This document shows, piece by piece, positions 1 through 13,120 of a DNA stretch of 64,000 nucleotides; the stretch's first letter is position 1, and every line of letters begins with the position of its first letter. Location: the NCBI GenBank assembly GCA_964016885.1, contig OZ024741.1, positions 111,042,001 through 111,106,000 of the forward strand. Reading direction: 5' to 3'. The translations under genes were made by a program, and so were the position numbers. The notes under the pieces are model-generated. The model saw only the letters and a program-made list of their open reading frames with translations, was not told the DNA's origin and searched no databases. The DNA comes from Eledone cirrhosa (lineage: Eukaryota).

Positions 1-265
1 ATGTAGTGTCAGTTATATATAGTGTAGTGTAAATTATATATATGTAGTGTCAGTTATATATAGTGTAGTGTAAATTATATATATGTAGTGTCAGTTATAT
101 ATAGTGTAGTGTAAATTATATATATGTAGTGTCAGTTATATATAGTGTAGTGTAAATTATATATATGTAGTGTCAGTTATATATAGTGTAGATTATATAT
201 ATGTAGTGTCAGTTATATATAGTGTAGTGTAGATTATATATTTGTAGTGTCAGTTATATATAGTA
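1..265. repeat. 41-bp AT-rich minisatellite, about 6 copies, decaying at the right end
   Basis: Unit atgtagtgtcagttatatatagtgtagtgtaaattatatat repeats from position 1; cut by the window edge. Confidence 0.9.
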
Positions 266-526
266 CAGTGTCAATTATATATACTAGCTGAACAGTGAAA
301 AAATTCACGTATAATCCCCTCTCTCTAACTTATAAAAATACATACTCAAGGACATAATTCACAGAAATGCACATACATTAACACAAACATACATTCACAC
401 ATATACATTTACACAAAGACAGTCATGATAGCGTTACATACAGTCATGATAGCGTTCTATTTAATTGGAAATTGGGAGGGTAAAACAAGTATAACGTTTT
501 ATTTATTTATTAACTCTATTTATTTA

Positions 527-1396
527 CTAGCAGTAAAGCCCGGCGTTGCTCGGGTCGCTCAGTAGCTGTGTTAAAGTTACAATGTTAAGTTTCTTTTTTG
601 GCTTAAAAACTGTAGTGTCTACTGTGCAGACTTGCATGTGGTGTTTTTGATTAATATTCCCTCAACCAACAATATGCCTTATGAAGTTAAGAAAACATAA
701 CGATAACCCGAATGTTATAACAAAAGAGGATGCTGGGGATAAAAACTGCACTGATTATTTATTAACAAAGATCGAAAATGTAAACACTGCAACGCAGAGA
801 AAAACAACGTAAGACGCTCAATGTAAACAGAACAAAGGGAAATAACTCGTCACTTACGCTCAAAAATCGATACATTAGATTCGATTTCGTCACATAGGGT
901 GGGTCAATTTGAAATATTTTTTTTCCGATGTCTTCGCTAGGGCTCAATGTACAAGTATAGCAATTTCGGTGCAATTCCGTCAGAGATTCTAAGAGGAGAT
1001 GTGTGCCAAAAATCGATAGACAGACAGACAACCACAGCTTTATATATATAGATGACATAATCAAAAACAAGAACTTATTTGAAAATTTATTTGACCGATG
1101 GTTCCGCCGGACCTTCATCTATAAGTGTAGCAATTTCACCGAAATTTGAACGTACGGTTTAAGAGGAGATGTGTGCCGAAGGTTTTAGTAGACAGACAGA
1201 CAACCTCAGTTTTATATATATAGATGACATAATCAAAAACAAGAACTTATTTGAAAATTTATTTGACCGATGGTTCCGCCGGACCTTCATCTATAAGTGT
1301 AGCAATTTCACCGAAATTTGAACGTACGGTTTAAGAGGAGATGTGTGCCGAAGGTTTTAGTAGACAGACAGACAACCTCAGTTTTATATATATAGA
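527..1396 (-). mobile_element. Non-autonomous Helitron with triplicated 5' end
   Basis: On the minus strand the 3' end reads acccgagcaacgccggg (hairpin)...ctgCTAG|T at 527. The 5' end A|TCTATATATATAAA followed by gtctgtct repeats occurs at 1052, 1224 and 1396, the last two from a 172-bp tandem duplication. Confidence 0.75.
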
Positions 1397-1591
1397 TTAA
1401 CTCTTTTTTTTTAGCTTGTGTAGTGTGTATATTGATATTATACGTAAGTATATATACATGTAGATATGATACATCAAATAAAACCGTAATTGACAATATG
1501 CACAGAAATTGAACGAAGACTGTGTTACACTGTCTTATGTAATCAGTAACGTAATCCATGGTACATTAAAAAAAGACGATATTATATATAT

Positions 1592-1685
1592 ACCCGCCGA
1601 GGTTAACTTTGCCTTTCATCATTCCGGGGTCGATAGAATAAAGTACCAGTAATTGCTGGCCTTGCGCCAAAAGTAGAAACAATTA
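1592..1685 (+). mobile_element. Truncated Meta-domain SINE
   Basis: cccgccgaggttaactttgcctttcatcattccggggtcgatagaataaagtaccag...gctggccttgcgccaaaagtagaaacaattat matches the SINE at 29437. Confidence 0.75.
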
Positions 1686-1864
1686 TATATATACCTGCTA
1701 GCATGTGTAGTGTGTATATTGATATTATACGCAAGTATATATGCATGTAGATATGATCAAATAAAATCGTAATTGACAATATACACAGAAATTGAACGAA
1801 GACTGTGTTACATTGTCTTATTTAATCAGTAACGTAATCCATGGTACTTTAAAAAAATACGATA

Positions 1865-2669
1865 TCTAATATATATTTGTGAAATGGGCGGTGGTTGAAA
1901 TTCAGATGTGTACGGTTAAATGGTAGTAGACGTGGTCGGACTGAAAAAATTTACACACCTATGTAAAAAGTGCCAAGGAAGCAAATAGACGAGGTTTCAA
2001 ATCTCTAACTTGAAAAATGTGGTCCCTAGGGCCCCAAAACTATCGCGTTCGGTGAGTTATTTCCCCCTGTTCTAATACTTTTGTCTTATTTACAATTTCA
2101 TATAAATTTTTAAACTCATCAACATTCTTTCGCTGTTAACGTACAGTACCAATAATTTGAAAAATATTATTGAAAGTTTATTATAAAGAAGCAGTTTCAG
2201 GAAAAAGTGTAAACTATCATACAAACCTTCATAATATGCATTTTTAAACTTGCATATCATCAACATTGCTATTTCGCTGTTAATAAACTATCATCCTTCT
2301 ACATTTAACGATCATACAGTACCGTTTTATGAAATCGATTCTGCAGTACGGTCACTGTTTTTCATCAAAAGAAATAAAACCCTTAAATTGCAAAGAAGGG
2401 ACGCGTTTTTTTATTTTAATTCTAATACATGTTAACCACCACTAACAGTAAGTAGTATTTTTCAAATTGCATATCATCGACATTGCTATTTCGCTGTTAA
2501 TAAACAACGCTTTTCACGTCGCTCCCCTTCTCATTGTACGCCGTCCAGCCCCAAATGCATATTTCTATTTTTTTTCCTGAAACTGTTTCTTTATAATAAA
2601 CTTTCAATATTTTTCAAATTATTAACTTAATAAAAAGTGGCCCCGGGTGCAACCGGGCTCAGCTGCTAG
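1865..2669 (+). mobile_element. Non-autonomous Helitron inserted at an A|T site with no TSD
   Basis: Starts TCTAATATATAT and ends ccccgggtgcaaccggg...ctgCTAG. Removing it restores acgata|ttatatataaactgcattagg, seen uninterrupted at about 13322-13349. Confidence 0.85.
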
Positions 2670-3083
2670 TTATATATAAACTGCATTAGGAGAAAATTAG
2701 TGACAGAAATATATGAATATTTATTTAAACGATCGCTAACCGCAAGTGTTGACATTTGAAAATTTTAAAGAAGTGAATCTTTAAATAAGTAATAAAATAT
2801 ATTTAATGAACAGCCACGAAATTTAGTTGATAAATTATGTAATATTCATTCATTATTTATTCAAAGTACCAATATTGCACTGGGTAATTGCTGGCCTTGT
2901 GCCAAAAGTAGAAACAATTATTTATTCAAAGCAATCCAACTTATTTTATTAAGGGGATAAAAAATTATAAACCGTATGCAGTCCCGCGCTTCTTACTTTA
3001 TTATAGTTTAGATTAAGCACTGTTGTACGCCCATTGATTAGATATATATAAATGTAATAGCATTTAAATTATGTCTGATGCAG

Positions 3084-3118
<35 letters not shown>

Positions 3119-3287
3119 CACACACATACATACCACACCAAACATAAATCGTCTTCCGAAGTTAGTGAAGCTATTATTAATCCTCCCCGGGTGAAGTAAC
3201 TTGCAAATTCTTCATAATTCATGAAATGCAAAAATACATCTAACGGACAGACACACACACACACACAAATATACCTATTCATATATA

Positions 3288-4102
3288 GAAGTGCGCATGG
3301 TCAGAAGTGCGCATGCGCGAAGGCTGGTCTGAACTGCGCATGCGCGACGGCTGGTCCATACTGCACATGCGCGAAGGCTTGTCCGAAGTGCGCATGCGCG
3401 AAGGCTGGTCCGTACTGCGCATGCCGGGGGCTGGTCCATACTGCGCATGCACGAAAGCTGGTCCGTACAGCGCATGCACGAAGGCTGGTCCGTACTGTGC
3501 ATGCACGAAGGCTGGTCCGTACTGCGCATGCGTGAAGGCTGGTTCGTACTGGGCATGCGCGGAGGCTGGTCCGAAGTGCGCATGTGTGAATTCTGGTCCG
3601 AAGTGCACGTGCGCGAAGTCTGGTCTGAAGTGCACGTAGACGAAGGCTGGTCCATACTGCGCACGCACGAAGGCTGGTCCATACTGCGCATGCGCGTAGG
3701 CTGGTCCATACTGCGCACGCGCGAAGGCTGGTCCGTACTGCGCATGCGCGAAGTCTGGTCAGTACTCCACATGCGCGAAGGCTTGTCCGAAGTGCGCATG
3801 CGCGAAGGCTGGCCCGTACAGCGCATGCACGAAGGCTTGTCCGTACTGCGCATGCGCGAAGGCTGGTCCGTACTGCGCATGCGAGAAGGCTGGTCCGAAG
3901 TGCGCATTCACGAAGTATGGTCCGTACTGCGCATGCGTGAAGACTGGTCCGAACTGTGCATGCGTGAGTGTTGTCCGTACTGCACATCTGCGAAGTCTGG
4001 TCCGAAGTGCACATGCGCGAAGTCTGGTCTGAAGTGCGCATGCGCGAAGGCTGGTCCGTACTGCGCATACGTGAAAGCCGGTCCGTACTGCGCATGTACG
4101 AA
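3288..4102. repeat. 27-bp GC/CpG-rich minisatellite, about 30 copies
   Basis: Consensus gaaggctggtccgtactgcgcatgcgc; explains all overlapping repetitive ORFs at 3221-4195. Confidence 0.95.
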
Positions 4103-4499
4103 TATATATATTTATATATATATATATATAGACACACATACATATCGCCTTCCGAGGTTAGTGAAGCTATTATTAATCCTCCCCGGATGAAGTAACAAAT
4201 TCTTCATAATTCTTGAAATACAATTATACATCTAATGGACACAATCTCTAAAATAAATATATTTGTATGTGTGAGAGAGGTAGATAGACAGGTAGGGTGG
4301 CAGGTCGATAGATCGATACGTAGTTATATAGGTAGGTAGATAGAATGATAGACAATAGTGTGGTTATCTGTATATGTGGCTGTGTGTATGTATGTGAAGA
4401 TGGGGAAATAAGGAAAGGATAATTTACTACAGTACCAATGATTCAATCCACAGGTGTATATTCTTTTTACCATTGCATAAGTACATAAACTTACTCACA

Positions 4500-4730
4500 C
4501 ACGTATATATATATATGTATGTGTGGTGTGTTTATGAGTGTGTATATGTGTGTATCTGTGTGTGTGCATAAGTGTTTATGTGTGTATATATGTGTATATA
4601 TATATGTGTATATATATATATGTATATGTGTGTGTGTATCTGTTTGCTTATGTGTGTGTGTGCATATGTGTGTTACTGTATCTGTGTATGTGTGCATATG
4701 TGTGTGCGTTTATGTCCGTGTGTGTGTCTC
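4500..4730. repeat. (TG/TA)n compound microsatellite
   Basis: Directly visible. Confidence 0.9.
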
Positions 4731-5067
4731 ATGGTTGTAATGTTGAGAGTTTGAATCCTATCACTGCGTTGTGTTCTTGAGCACCCTGAAACCCTCTGTT
4801 ATACGTGTCTATGGAATGCTCAGATACTCTCACCTTAATTTCAGGCAGTTCCATTTGAGAAACCTAGCTGGAAGAATCCTCGTCGCAAGCGATAGGGTAC
4901 CATGATACATATGAACACATAGACACACACACATACGTTTCAAAGAGAATAGAAGAGATCAATAAAATAAGTACTAGATTTTAAAATATATGTAGTGGAA
5001 TTGAGGTCAAGAAAATCCTTTAATCGTGGTACCCCAGTATGGGCACAGTCTAACGTCTGAAACAAGT

Positions 5068-8000
5068 GCAGGCCAGAGAATTGTTCTTCCTCCTTCAATC
5101 TATGGTTCCCCTAGCTTCTACAGTGAATGCTTTCAGAATTCGATGACTGTGGTTCGACACATGGGAAAGCCATCTTATTTCATCACGGTAACAACTAACC
5201 CTAACTGGGATGAAATAAAAAATAGTTTGCACCCTGATGAAGAACCTAGAGACCGTCCTGATATTTGTGCAAGAGTCTTCAAGATCAAGTATGACAGCAT
5301 CATGGATGACATACTGAAAAGAAATGTCCTAGGAAAAGTTGTGGCTCATTCTGCTACAATAGAGTGACAGAAACGAGGCCTCACTCATGCTTATATTCTG
5401 CTGATCATGGCTGAAGATAGAAAGCCCAAAACTGCTGATGCCATTGATCAGGTAGTGTACTGTGAGATTCCTGATAAAGAGACCAATCCAATTCTGCATA
5501 AGATCATCACATCCTGCAACATTCATGGCCCATGTGGACAAGCTAATATGATGTGCTCATGTATGGAAGGGTTAGGACAACAACACCATTGCTCAAAAAG
5601 TTATCCCAAGGTATTCAGACAAACCACATTTGTTGCCGAAAATTCCTTTCCGGATTATAGAAGAAGGGATAGACAGCATGGTGGTCACGCCCATACAATC
5701 CAACTTAAAGGTCAAGAATTTACTGTTGATAATCATTGGATTGTTCCATACAGCCCTTTCCTCTCATTGAGATATCAGTGCCACATCAATTGTGAGGTTG
5801 TCCACAGTGTCAAGGCTGTTAAGTACTTATATAAGTACATCACAAAAGGATTAGACAAGATTACTTTCCCTATTAAGGATGATCAAGGAAATTGTGTCCA
5901 TGCTCAAAATGAGATTGCCTGGTACATCTCAGCCAGTGAAGCATTCTGGAGAATCTATAAATTTCCATTACATCATCGAAAACCGCCAGTTGAAAAGTTG
6001 CCTTGCCATTTACCTGGGGAACAAATGGTCATGTATGAGCGAGGGCAGGAAGAAAGTATTGTTTCTAGGGGACAGCCAATGACTAAGTTGATGGAATATT
6101 TTCAACTGAATATTAGAGACCCACTGGCACACAACATATTGTATATTGATATTCCTAAATATTTCACTTGGACAAACAAAAAGTGGCAAAGAAGAAAAAA
6201 GGGACATCTGGATGGTGATCAACAATTTATGAGTGAATCTCTTGGACACATTCCAACAGTATCTCTCGGTAGACATCAATCTGAATTATATTACCTCAGG
6301 ATGATCCTACATCACAAGGCTAGGTCAACTTCATACAAAGATTTGAGGACAATTGAAGGAGTTGAATTTCCAACATTCCAAGAAGCATGCAGGAAACTTG
6401 GTCTGTTAGATGAAGATGGAGAAAGACAAAGCTATGGAAGAGGCCTCATCCATTACGCTTGGTCCTCAGCTGCGAGAGATCTTCTGCACCATTTTATTGT
6501 ACAGCATGCCAAATGACTCTCTGCAGTTCTGGGAGAAATGGAAGAATTGTCTTGCAGAGGATATCATGCATGAACGTCATGAGCAAGTCATGTCCATGCA
6601 AACCGTGCAGATTGTTCTACAGAAGATCCAACAAAGACTTCAACATGATGGCTTGGACATTCATGCTAACTATGGACTTCCTCGGCCAGACCCAACTATT
6701 GTTGCCATACCAGAAATCAACAGGGTTTTTATGGCAGAAACTGATTTCAACACACACCAACTGCAAGCAAACATAAATGAACTTCTGCCAACATTGAATC
6801 CTGAGCAACTGGTTATTTTTCACAAAGTAATCCCCTCTGTAAATGAAAATGAAGGCAGAATTTTTTGCTTGAATGCAAGTGCAGGTACAGAAAAGACCTA
6901 TGTCATAAACATCCTATTGGATTACCTCCAATCTAAAAAAAAAATTGCACTTGCCACTGCCATATCTGGAATAGCAGCCACTTTGCTTCACAAAGGTAGA
7001 GCTCTTCATTCCAAGTGCAAGATTCCTCTCAATGTGACTGCTGAATCAACTTGCTTTTTCACAAAGAGGGATGACACAGGTAAACTTATGCAGCAAGCTG
7101 ACCTGCTAATCATTGATGAGATAGGTATGGGACATAAGCATATCTTTGAATGCCTTGACAGGAGCTTCAAAGATGTTCGAGATTGCAAAAAAGCCATTTG
7201 TTTGGTGGTCTAACAGTATTACTATCTGGTGACTGGAAGCAAATTCTTCCAGTTGTTCGTCATGGTGCTAGACCACAAATAGTTGAGGCAACCAACAAGA
7301 GATCCTATCTCTGGGACTATGTGGAAACCATAGAGATGATAACCAATCAACGGTTAATTAATGCAGAGGATTCTGATGAAAGACAGTTTGCAAACTACCT
7401 TCTTGATGTGGGAAATGGTAACATTCCAACTGTAGGTGCATTCACAATTCTTCTGCCAAATGAACTTTGTCTGGAATATGGTAATGTGTCTGGACTGTGT
7501 GATTTTGTGTATACAAATCTTCCAGGAAACTACACAAACCCACTATGGTTTGCAAATAGAGCCATTATCACTCCAACAAATGATGCAGCAAGATTGGTGA
7601 ATGAGTTCATGGTCAACAAGTTCCCTGGTCATGAAATAATCTACAGAAGCTCTGACACAGTAGATAATGAACTGCAATATCCAATTGAGTTCATCAACAA
7701 ACTTACCCCATCAGGCTTCCCAACACACATACTTAAACTGAAGAAAGGCAGTTGCATGCATCATGCTTCTGAGAAATATGGATTCTCTAAATGGGCATTG
7801 CAATGGTACACGCTACATCATCATCAGTTTACATAATCATGTAATTGAAGCTGAAGTGACATTGGGTACCAATGCTGGAACAAGGCTGATAATCCCAAAG
7901 ATACCACATGTATCTCAAGAGCTTGAGTTCCCTATCACCTTTAATCGCAAGCAATTTCCTGTCAAACCAGCCTTTGCCCTTACATGCAACAAGGCACAAG

Positions 8001-8164
8001 GGCAGACATTTGAAAAGATAGGTGTATATCTACCGACACAATTCTTCTCACATGGTCAGATGTATGTTGCATTATCACGAGTTACAAAAAAAGAAAATAT
8101 TAAAATATTAAATGAAAGGGGTCTGTTTGCTGACAACTGTGTCTACAAAGAAATTCTACAGTGA
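5068..8164 (+). pseudogene. Helitron RepHel (HUH Rep plus PIF1-like SF1 helicase), disrupted
   Basis: Rep motifs FITVTTNPNWDEI, IE*QKRGLTHAYIL and KYLYKYITKG. Helicase motifs ASAGTEKT (degenerate Walker A), IIDEIGM, GDWKQILPV, FALTCNKAQGQT and HGQMYVALSRV. Split over five ORFs by one stop and three frameshifts. Confidence 0.95.
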
Positions 8165-8625
8165 TGTGAAACACTCTCTTTTAGTTGAAATGCATTTCAG
8201 TTTCTTTATAACTGCTAGAAAAGGGATACTACAAAAACTTAAGAAGTCTATATGCGAATACAGTAAAACAACAATATAGCGAAGGTCAATTCTTCATATT
8301 GGAAAATGTAATTCATTCATTCATACCAGCAGCATCTATTTTCAAATTCACTGCTTGAAGCCTCCCATCGACATTCTCAAGTGAAGATTCATGAACATTT
8401 TCCGTCAACAGTTTCATCGCTTTTCCATCTCCATTATCGTCTTTTTTTAAAATGTATCATGGATTACTTTACTGATTACAGAAGTAAGTGTAACACAGTC
8501 TTTGTTCAGTTTATGTGCATATTGTCAATTTACGTATTATATCTATGTGGATATATATTTGCGTATATCAATATACACACTATATGTGCTAGCAGAAAAC
8601 CGCCTTAGGGCGTTTCTTCTGCTAG
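5068..8625 (+). mobile_element. 5'-truncated autonomous-type Helitron relic
   Basis: RepHel coding remnants followed by a terminal hairpin gctagcagaaaaccgccttagggcgtttcttctgctag at 8588-8625. The left end abuts a SINE tail (...gtctgaaacaagt). Confidence 0.9.
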
Positions 8626-9271
8626 CATATATAATAACCCATCCCTTTGTCCATATTATAACTCCCGCCCTCTCTAAATATATTATATCCCCCTCCTCTC
8701 TCCTTTCCAAACGTGGCAGCGCTCTTTGATTTTCTCTCGCCGTAGATTGTTTACCACCCCACTTCCAGTGTTTTAGTACATCTCACAGATCTCATTCGAC
8801 TTTTATTTATATTACTGAAAGCGTGACACACATGGTTGGACGTACGGTACGTAGGTATCAGCGTATTAATATATAGTGTTTAGGCTATAGGTACGTACCC
8901 TCTCTCTCCCCTTTGAGTAAATAAGAAAACAAAATCCTGTTCTACAGAGGACACTGTCCTATTTGGACACAATAACTCAATTGATCATTGTTAATACATC
9001 GAGTCGTATTGATCGTTGGGAGGGTCCTTTATAATCAGTTTTATATCACTAATTAATTAAATTGATTTCTTTCATGACACTAATTGAAATATTCACAGGG
9101 AAGTAAAACAGAGCATAAACACAGCCAATGGCTTTCAATTGATTTTGAAAATAATCAAAACGTTTTGAGGAAGTTAGTGAAATAACAATTTTTCCAGTAT
9201 GCATGTATGCATGCGTACGTACGTATGTACGTACGTACGTATGTATGTATGTATGTATGTATGTATGTATG

Positions 9272-10868
9272 TTCTTCTGGTTTTATAATTTCACAAAGTT
9301 TTACCAATAGAGAGAGAGTCGGTTTCTAACATAGACACAAGACTCTCTCATTGGAATGTACACAACATCAACTAGGTAGATATGTATGTATGCATGCATG
9401 TGTAGATATGGATGTTATTGTATGTGTGGATGTGTGTTTTGAGTTGTATGTGTGCATGTGTATATGCTTTGTATCTGTACATGTGTATATGCAGTTATTA
9501 GATGCAACATTTTTGGAATGTTTTACATATTTTTACTGTTCCATTAATGGATTGTACTTGTAATATCCTAACTAGTTGTGTTCTTTCTGTTCCTGTGAAG
9601 CCTAGCTTCTCAAGATTTGTATTGAGGCAGTTATGTATGTATGTATGTATGTATGTTTTCTCTTTCTCTTAATTTCGAGTATATTTTTTTGACCGGCCAC
9701 CTTCCTGGTGGCAAGGTTGTAAAAGAAAAGAAATTGTCATCCCTTGAATCGCAAGAATGTTTTGCAAATTTTGAAGGTGCCTGCTATCGCAGCCATTTGT
9801 AGACTATGAATTAGGGAGCTGCACTTTTTGTCCGCAAATCCAAGTTCAGTCATACTTTGGTCCAAGCGGGTTGGTATATAACATGCATGTATGTATGTAT
9901 GTATGTATGTATGTATGTATGTATGTATTTATGTATGATTTCACAAATTTTTGCCAATAGAGAGAGTCAGTTTCTAACATTGACACAAGACTCTCTCATT
10001 GGAATTTACACAATATCAACTAGGTAGATATGTATGCATGTATGCATGTGTAGATATTGATGTTATTGTATGTGTGGATGCATATGTTTTGAGTTGTATG
10101 TGTGCATGTGTATATGCTTAGTATATGCAGTTATTAGATGCAAAATCTTTGGAATGTTTTACATATTTTTACTGTTCCATTAATGGAATGTACTTGTAAT
10201 TTCCTAACTAGTTGTGTTCTTTCTGTTCCTGTGAAGCCTAGCTTCTCAAGATTTGTATTGAGGCAGTTACTAATATATCCCAGTGCCCCAATAATCACAG
10301 GCATAAATCTGAAGGTGTAATCAGGGTGGAGTATCTGCAGATTTCTCACCAGTTCTGCATAAATATTCTCCTTTTCGCTAATCTTTGATATTATATTGGC
10401 ATCTGCTGGACAGCTAACATCCACTACTGTGCATGTTTTCTTTTCCCTGTCCCATATCATACTATCTGGTCTGTTATGCCTGCATTTTATTGGGGTTTTT
10501 ACTGGAACATTCCACTAGTACTCTTTCATATTATGTATATGTATGTCTTCCACATTGCTGTAGCTTTTAATGTGTTTATTATCGGGGCTATCTTTTCTAC
10601 GGATTGCATTGTACAGTGTTTTGACCACTACATCATGCCTCATAGGTAGATAGTACCGCAATGATATATTTGGACAGCTGCTTATGACATGGGTGATATC
10701 TTCGATGTTAATTCTGCAGAGTCTGCACTTGTTATCACATCTAGGTGTTTTGCCTGCATCCCTATCTCTTTTGTGAATAAGGTATTTCGTGCTAATCTCC
10801 TGTTCTTGGATTGCAAAAGTGTATCCTTCAAAGTGGGAGCCAATATAGTGATATATTCTTTATCTATA
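9272..10868 (-). mobile_element. Three stacked 5'-truncated R4/Dong-type (RLE) non-LTR retrotransposon 3' ends
   Basis: 9938-10868 encodes EGYTFAIQEQEISTKYL, a CRLC...HVISSC knuckle and RPD..IWD...VVDVSCPAD...KENIY endonuclease. 9272-9630 is a shorter copy of the same family. 9656-9882 is a second family ending GYIPTRL...AGTFKICKTFLRFKG*. Each is separated by (ATGT)n. Confidence 0.85.
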
Positions 10869-10882
10869 TGTATGTATGTATG

Positions 10883-11270
10883 TTTGTCAAGGCAGAATTC
10901 TAGGAGAAGGAAAACTCTGATATAACACCTGCAACCCTGATGGTATCCAATGATGTTGACTTGTTCTTCTTTTTGGTAAATATCATCTTGGTTAAGAGAG
11001 TGGGACTGGCTTTGTGCAGTGCTTTTGCTCACTATAAAAGCTTCACAGCACAGGCATTGCTTTATATCTGGAGATTGCTCAGCACTTGTCGTCACATGGT
11101 AACATGGGCCCAGCACTGTGTGTCAATAATTGTCACAAGTGTAGTGTTTGTACCAGAGTTTTCAAGTCGCTGGCTGGACTAAAATGTCACACTCGTTCAG
11201 CGCATCGGTAGGGGTTCTCCTACTTGGATATAAAGTAGTGGCCGTACTCGAAAATGAGGTGGCAGCCACC
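10883..11270 (+). mobile_element. 5'-truncated copy of the bipartite RTE-derived element
   Basis: Near-identical to 50123-50510. Confidence 0.9.
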
Positions 11271-11386
11271 ATGTATGTATGTATCCATATGTATGTATGT
11301 GTGTGTATGTATGTATCCTTTTGTGATGTATAAAAGGATGTAAAATATCAGTCAGAAAATTGAGAACTGTTGCTCTTCAAACATAG

Positions 11387-11980
11387 TTCTTCTTCTTCTT
11401 CTTCTTTGGAGCAGAGTCCTCAAATACTCCTTCCAGTAGGTCCTGTCAGCAGAAGCAACCATCTCCAACTGATCTGGCTGGATCCCCAAGCGCGACCAGC
11501 CAAGCTCATGGATGTTATCCAACCATTTTACCTGCGGTCTACCCCTGGGTCTCTTGCTGGTTGGTTTTGCCCATAAAATCTGTCCAGTGATTCTTTCCTG
11601 AAACATTCTAACCACATCTAACATCTCTGAGTTATACACTTTATCGAGTAATGTTATTCCTAAGACCCTTTGGAGGAATCCCATTTTGTCTGCTTGTATT
11701 CTCGATCATATTCTTTCAGTCATTACCCAAGATTCATGACCATAGGTAAGGGTTGGCACGAAAACTGAATTGAAGACAGCAAATTTGGCTTTTACACCTA
11801 CCTCTCTTCTTGTCATTACTGAATGCTGAAGCTGGCGCATTACTGCACCAGACTTTGCAATTCTTATCTCAATTCAGCCTCCTGCCTTCTATCACTCGTG
11901 AACATAGTACCGAGATACTTGAACTTCTTTACTTGCTTCAGTGGAACTCCATTCACATGTAGAGTGCACTGTGCCAGTTT
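11387..11980 (-). mobile_element. RTE-clade LINE 3' fragment
   Basis: KQVKKFKYLGTMF, LTYGHESWVMTE, MGFLQRVLG and RPRGRPQVKWLD motifs; (GAA)n tail. Confidence 0.8.
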
Positions 11981-12470
11981 CCTTGCCATCAGAAATGAAA
12001 TCACAAAAATTAACTAGATGTGGGATCTTTGCCGGCCAGGCTAAATAAGGCAAAAATTACAGCTGCAATTGTCACCTTAGTGTATAGTTCTAATCTAGTT
12101 TTCTGCAGTAAGTTTACGTTTTGTGTCTTTGTGTCAAATACTATATGCTTGAATAGTTCTAAATCTATTTTTGTGTTGTAAGTTTACACTTTATGTCAAA
12201 TACTACATGATGATCTGAATCGAAAAGATACCAGATCTCATTCACTTACCGAATGAAGTGGAACTCATCAGATTGGACTAAGGAAACAATGTTTCCATTG
12301 GTCTTTCCAATTGCTGATACTATCTACTGGTCTCAACTCCTGGCAGAAGAGCAATGTGAAATAGAGTGTCCTGTTGAAGGACACAACCCATTGTTCAGCT
12401 TGGGAATCAAACTCATAACCTTACGATTGTGCATCCAACTTTCTCACCACTGCCTTCCCTAATGAGCTTA

Positions 12471-13026
12471 CATAGTAAATGATGGTTAAATGCCTTAAAA
12501 CAACCATGAAATGCTTAAAATAGAAATTACAAATGCGTCTTAGATGCAGAGACTATCAAATACTATGTCTAAAATTTCCTTAAAATAAATCCTGACATTT
12601 AAATTTGTCTTACTATGATCAGTAACCTGGTAACTCAAATATCAAATATCAAATATCAAATATCGTTTCATATTGTTTCTATGGGGTGAGTTCTGCTGCT
12701 AATTATAGTACTTGACAACAGATATGATAAGATATGAATAAATGTGTTCTTTCCTAAAACTTTTAACATAAATGTAATAAGAAAGGAACACAAAGATAGT
12801 GATAAGCATGAAAAAGATAGCTTTATGAAGTTGCTGAATACCAATGAAAGACTTTCTAAGAGTCTTGGTCATATACATTATGTACTGCTGATTGCAGAGC
12901 TTATTTTAAAGAAATTTAGAACTGCACAAATATTTGAAGTAGGTGCCATGACCCAGTGTTTGATAATCTCTGACTCTGAAAAACAATTTAGGAGTGTTTT
13001 AAGTCATTTAACCATAATTTACCATG
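12471..13026. mobile_element. Old MITE with degenerate long inverted arms
   Basis: catagtaaatgatggttaaatgccttaaaaca...tttccttaaaataa (12471-12588) is the degenerate reverse complement of 12901-13026. A related arm lies at about 31187-31320. Confidence 0.5.
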
Positions 13027-13120
13027 TAAGCACTTGTAGTATTTGACATAAAATGTAAACTTATTGCACAAAATTAGATTTAGAATTGCACAGGCAAAAG
13101 TCAACTGTTCCTTAAAATAA

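Larger units (their letters stand above)
1410..2860 (-). mobile_element. Fragments of a Helitron-derived repeat (1410-1590, 1695-1864, 2670-2860), interrupted by a SINE and another Helitron
   Basis: Same sequence as 13158-13515, and the reverse complement of the RepHel element's 3' region (about 8450-8590). Boundaries approximate. Confidence 0.7.

Noticed and set aside
3288-4102. CRISPR-like array or Cys-rich repeat protein
   Set aside because: Units are contiguous with no unique spacers and no cas genes; ORFs in many frames on both strands follow from a 27-bp, largely stop-free unit.
12251-12341. RMND5 exon 2, or a hammerhead at the minus-strand CTGATGAG
   Set aside because: AG/GT-bounded but has stops in all frames and no RMND5 similarity; no correctly placed GAAA for a hammerhead.
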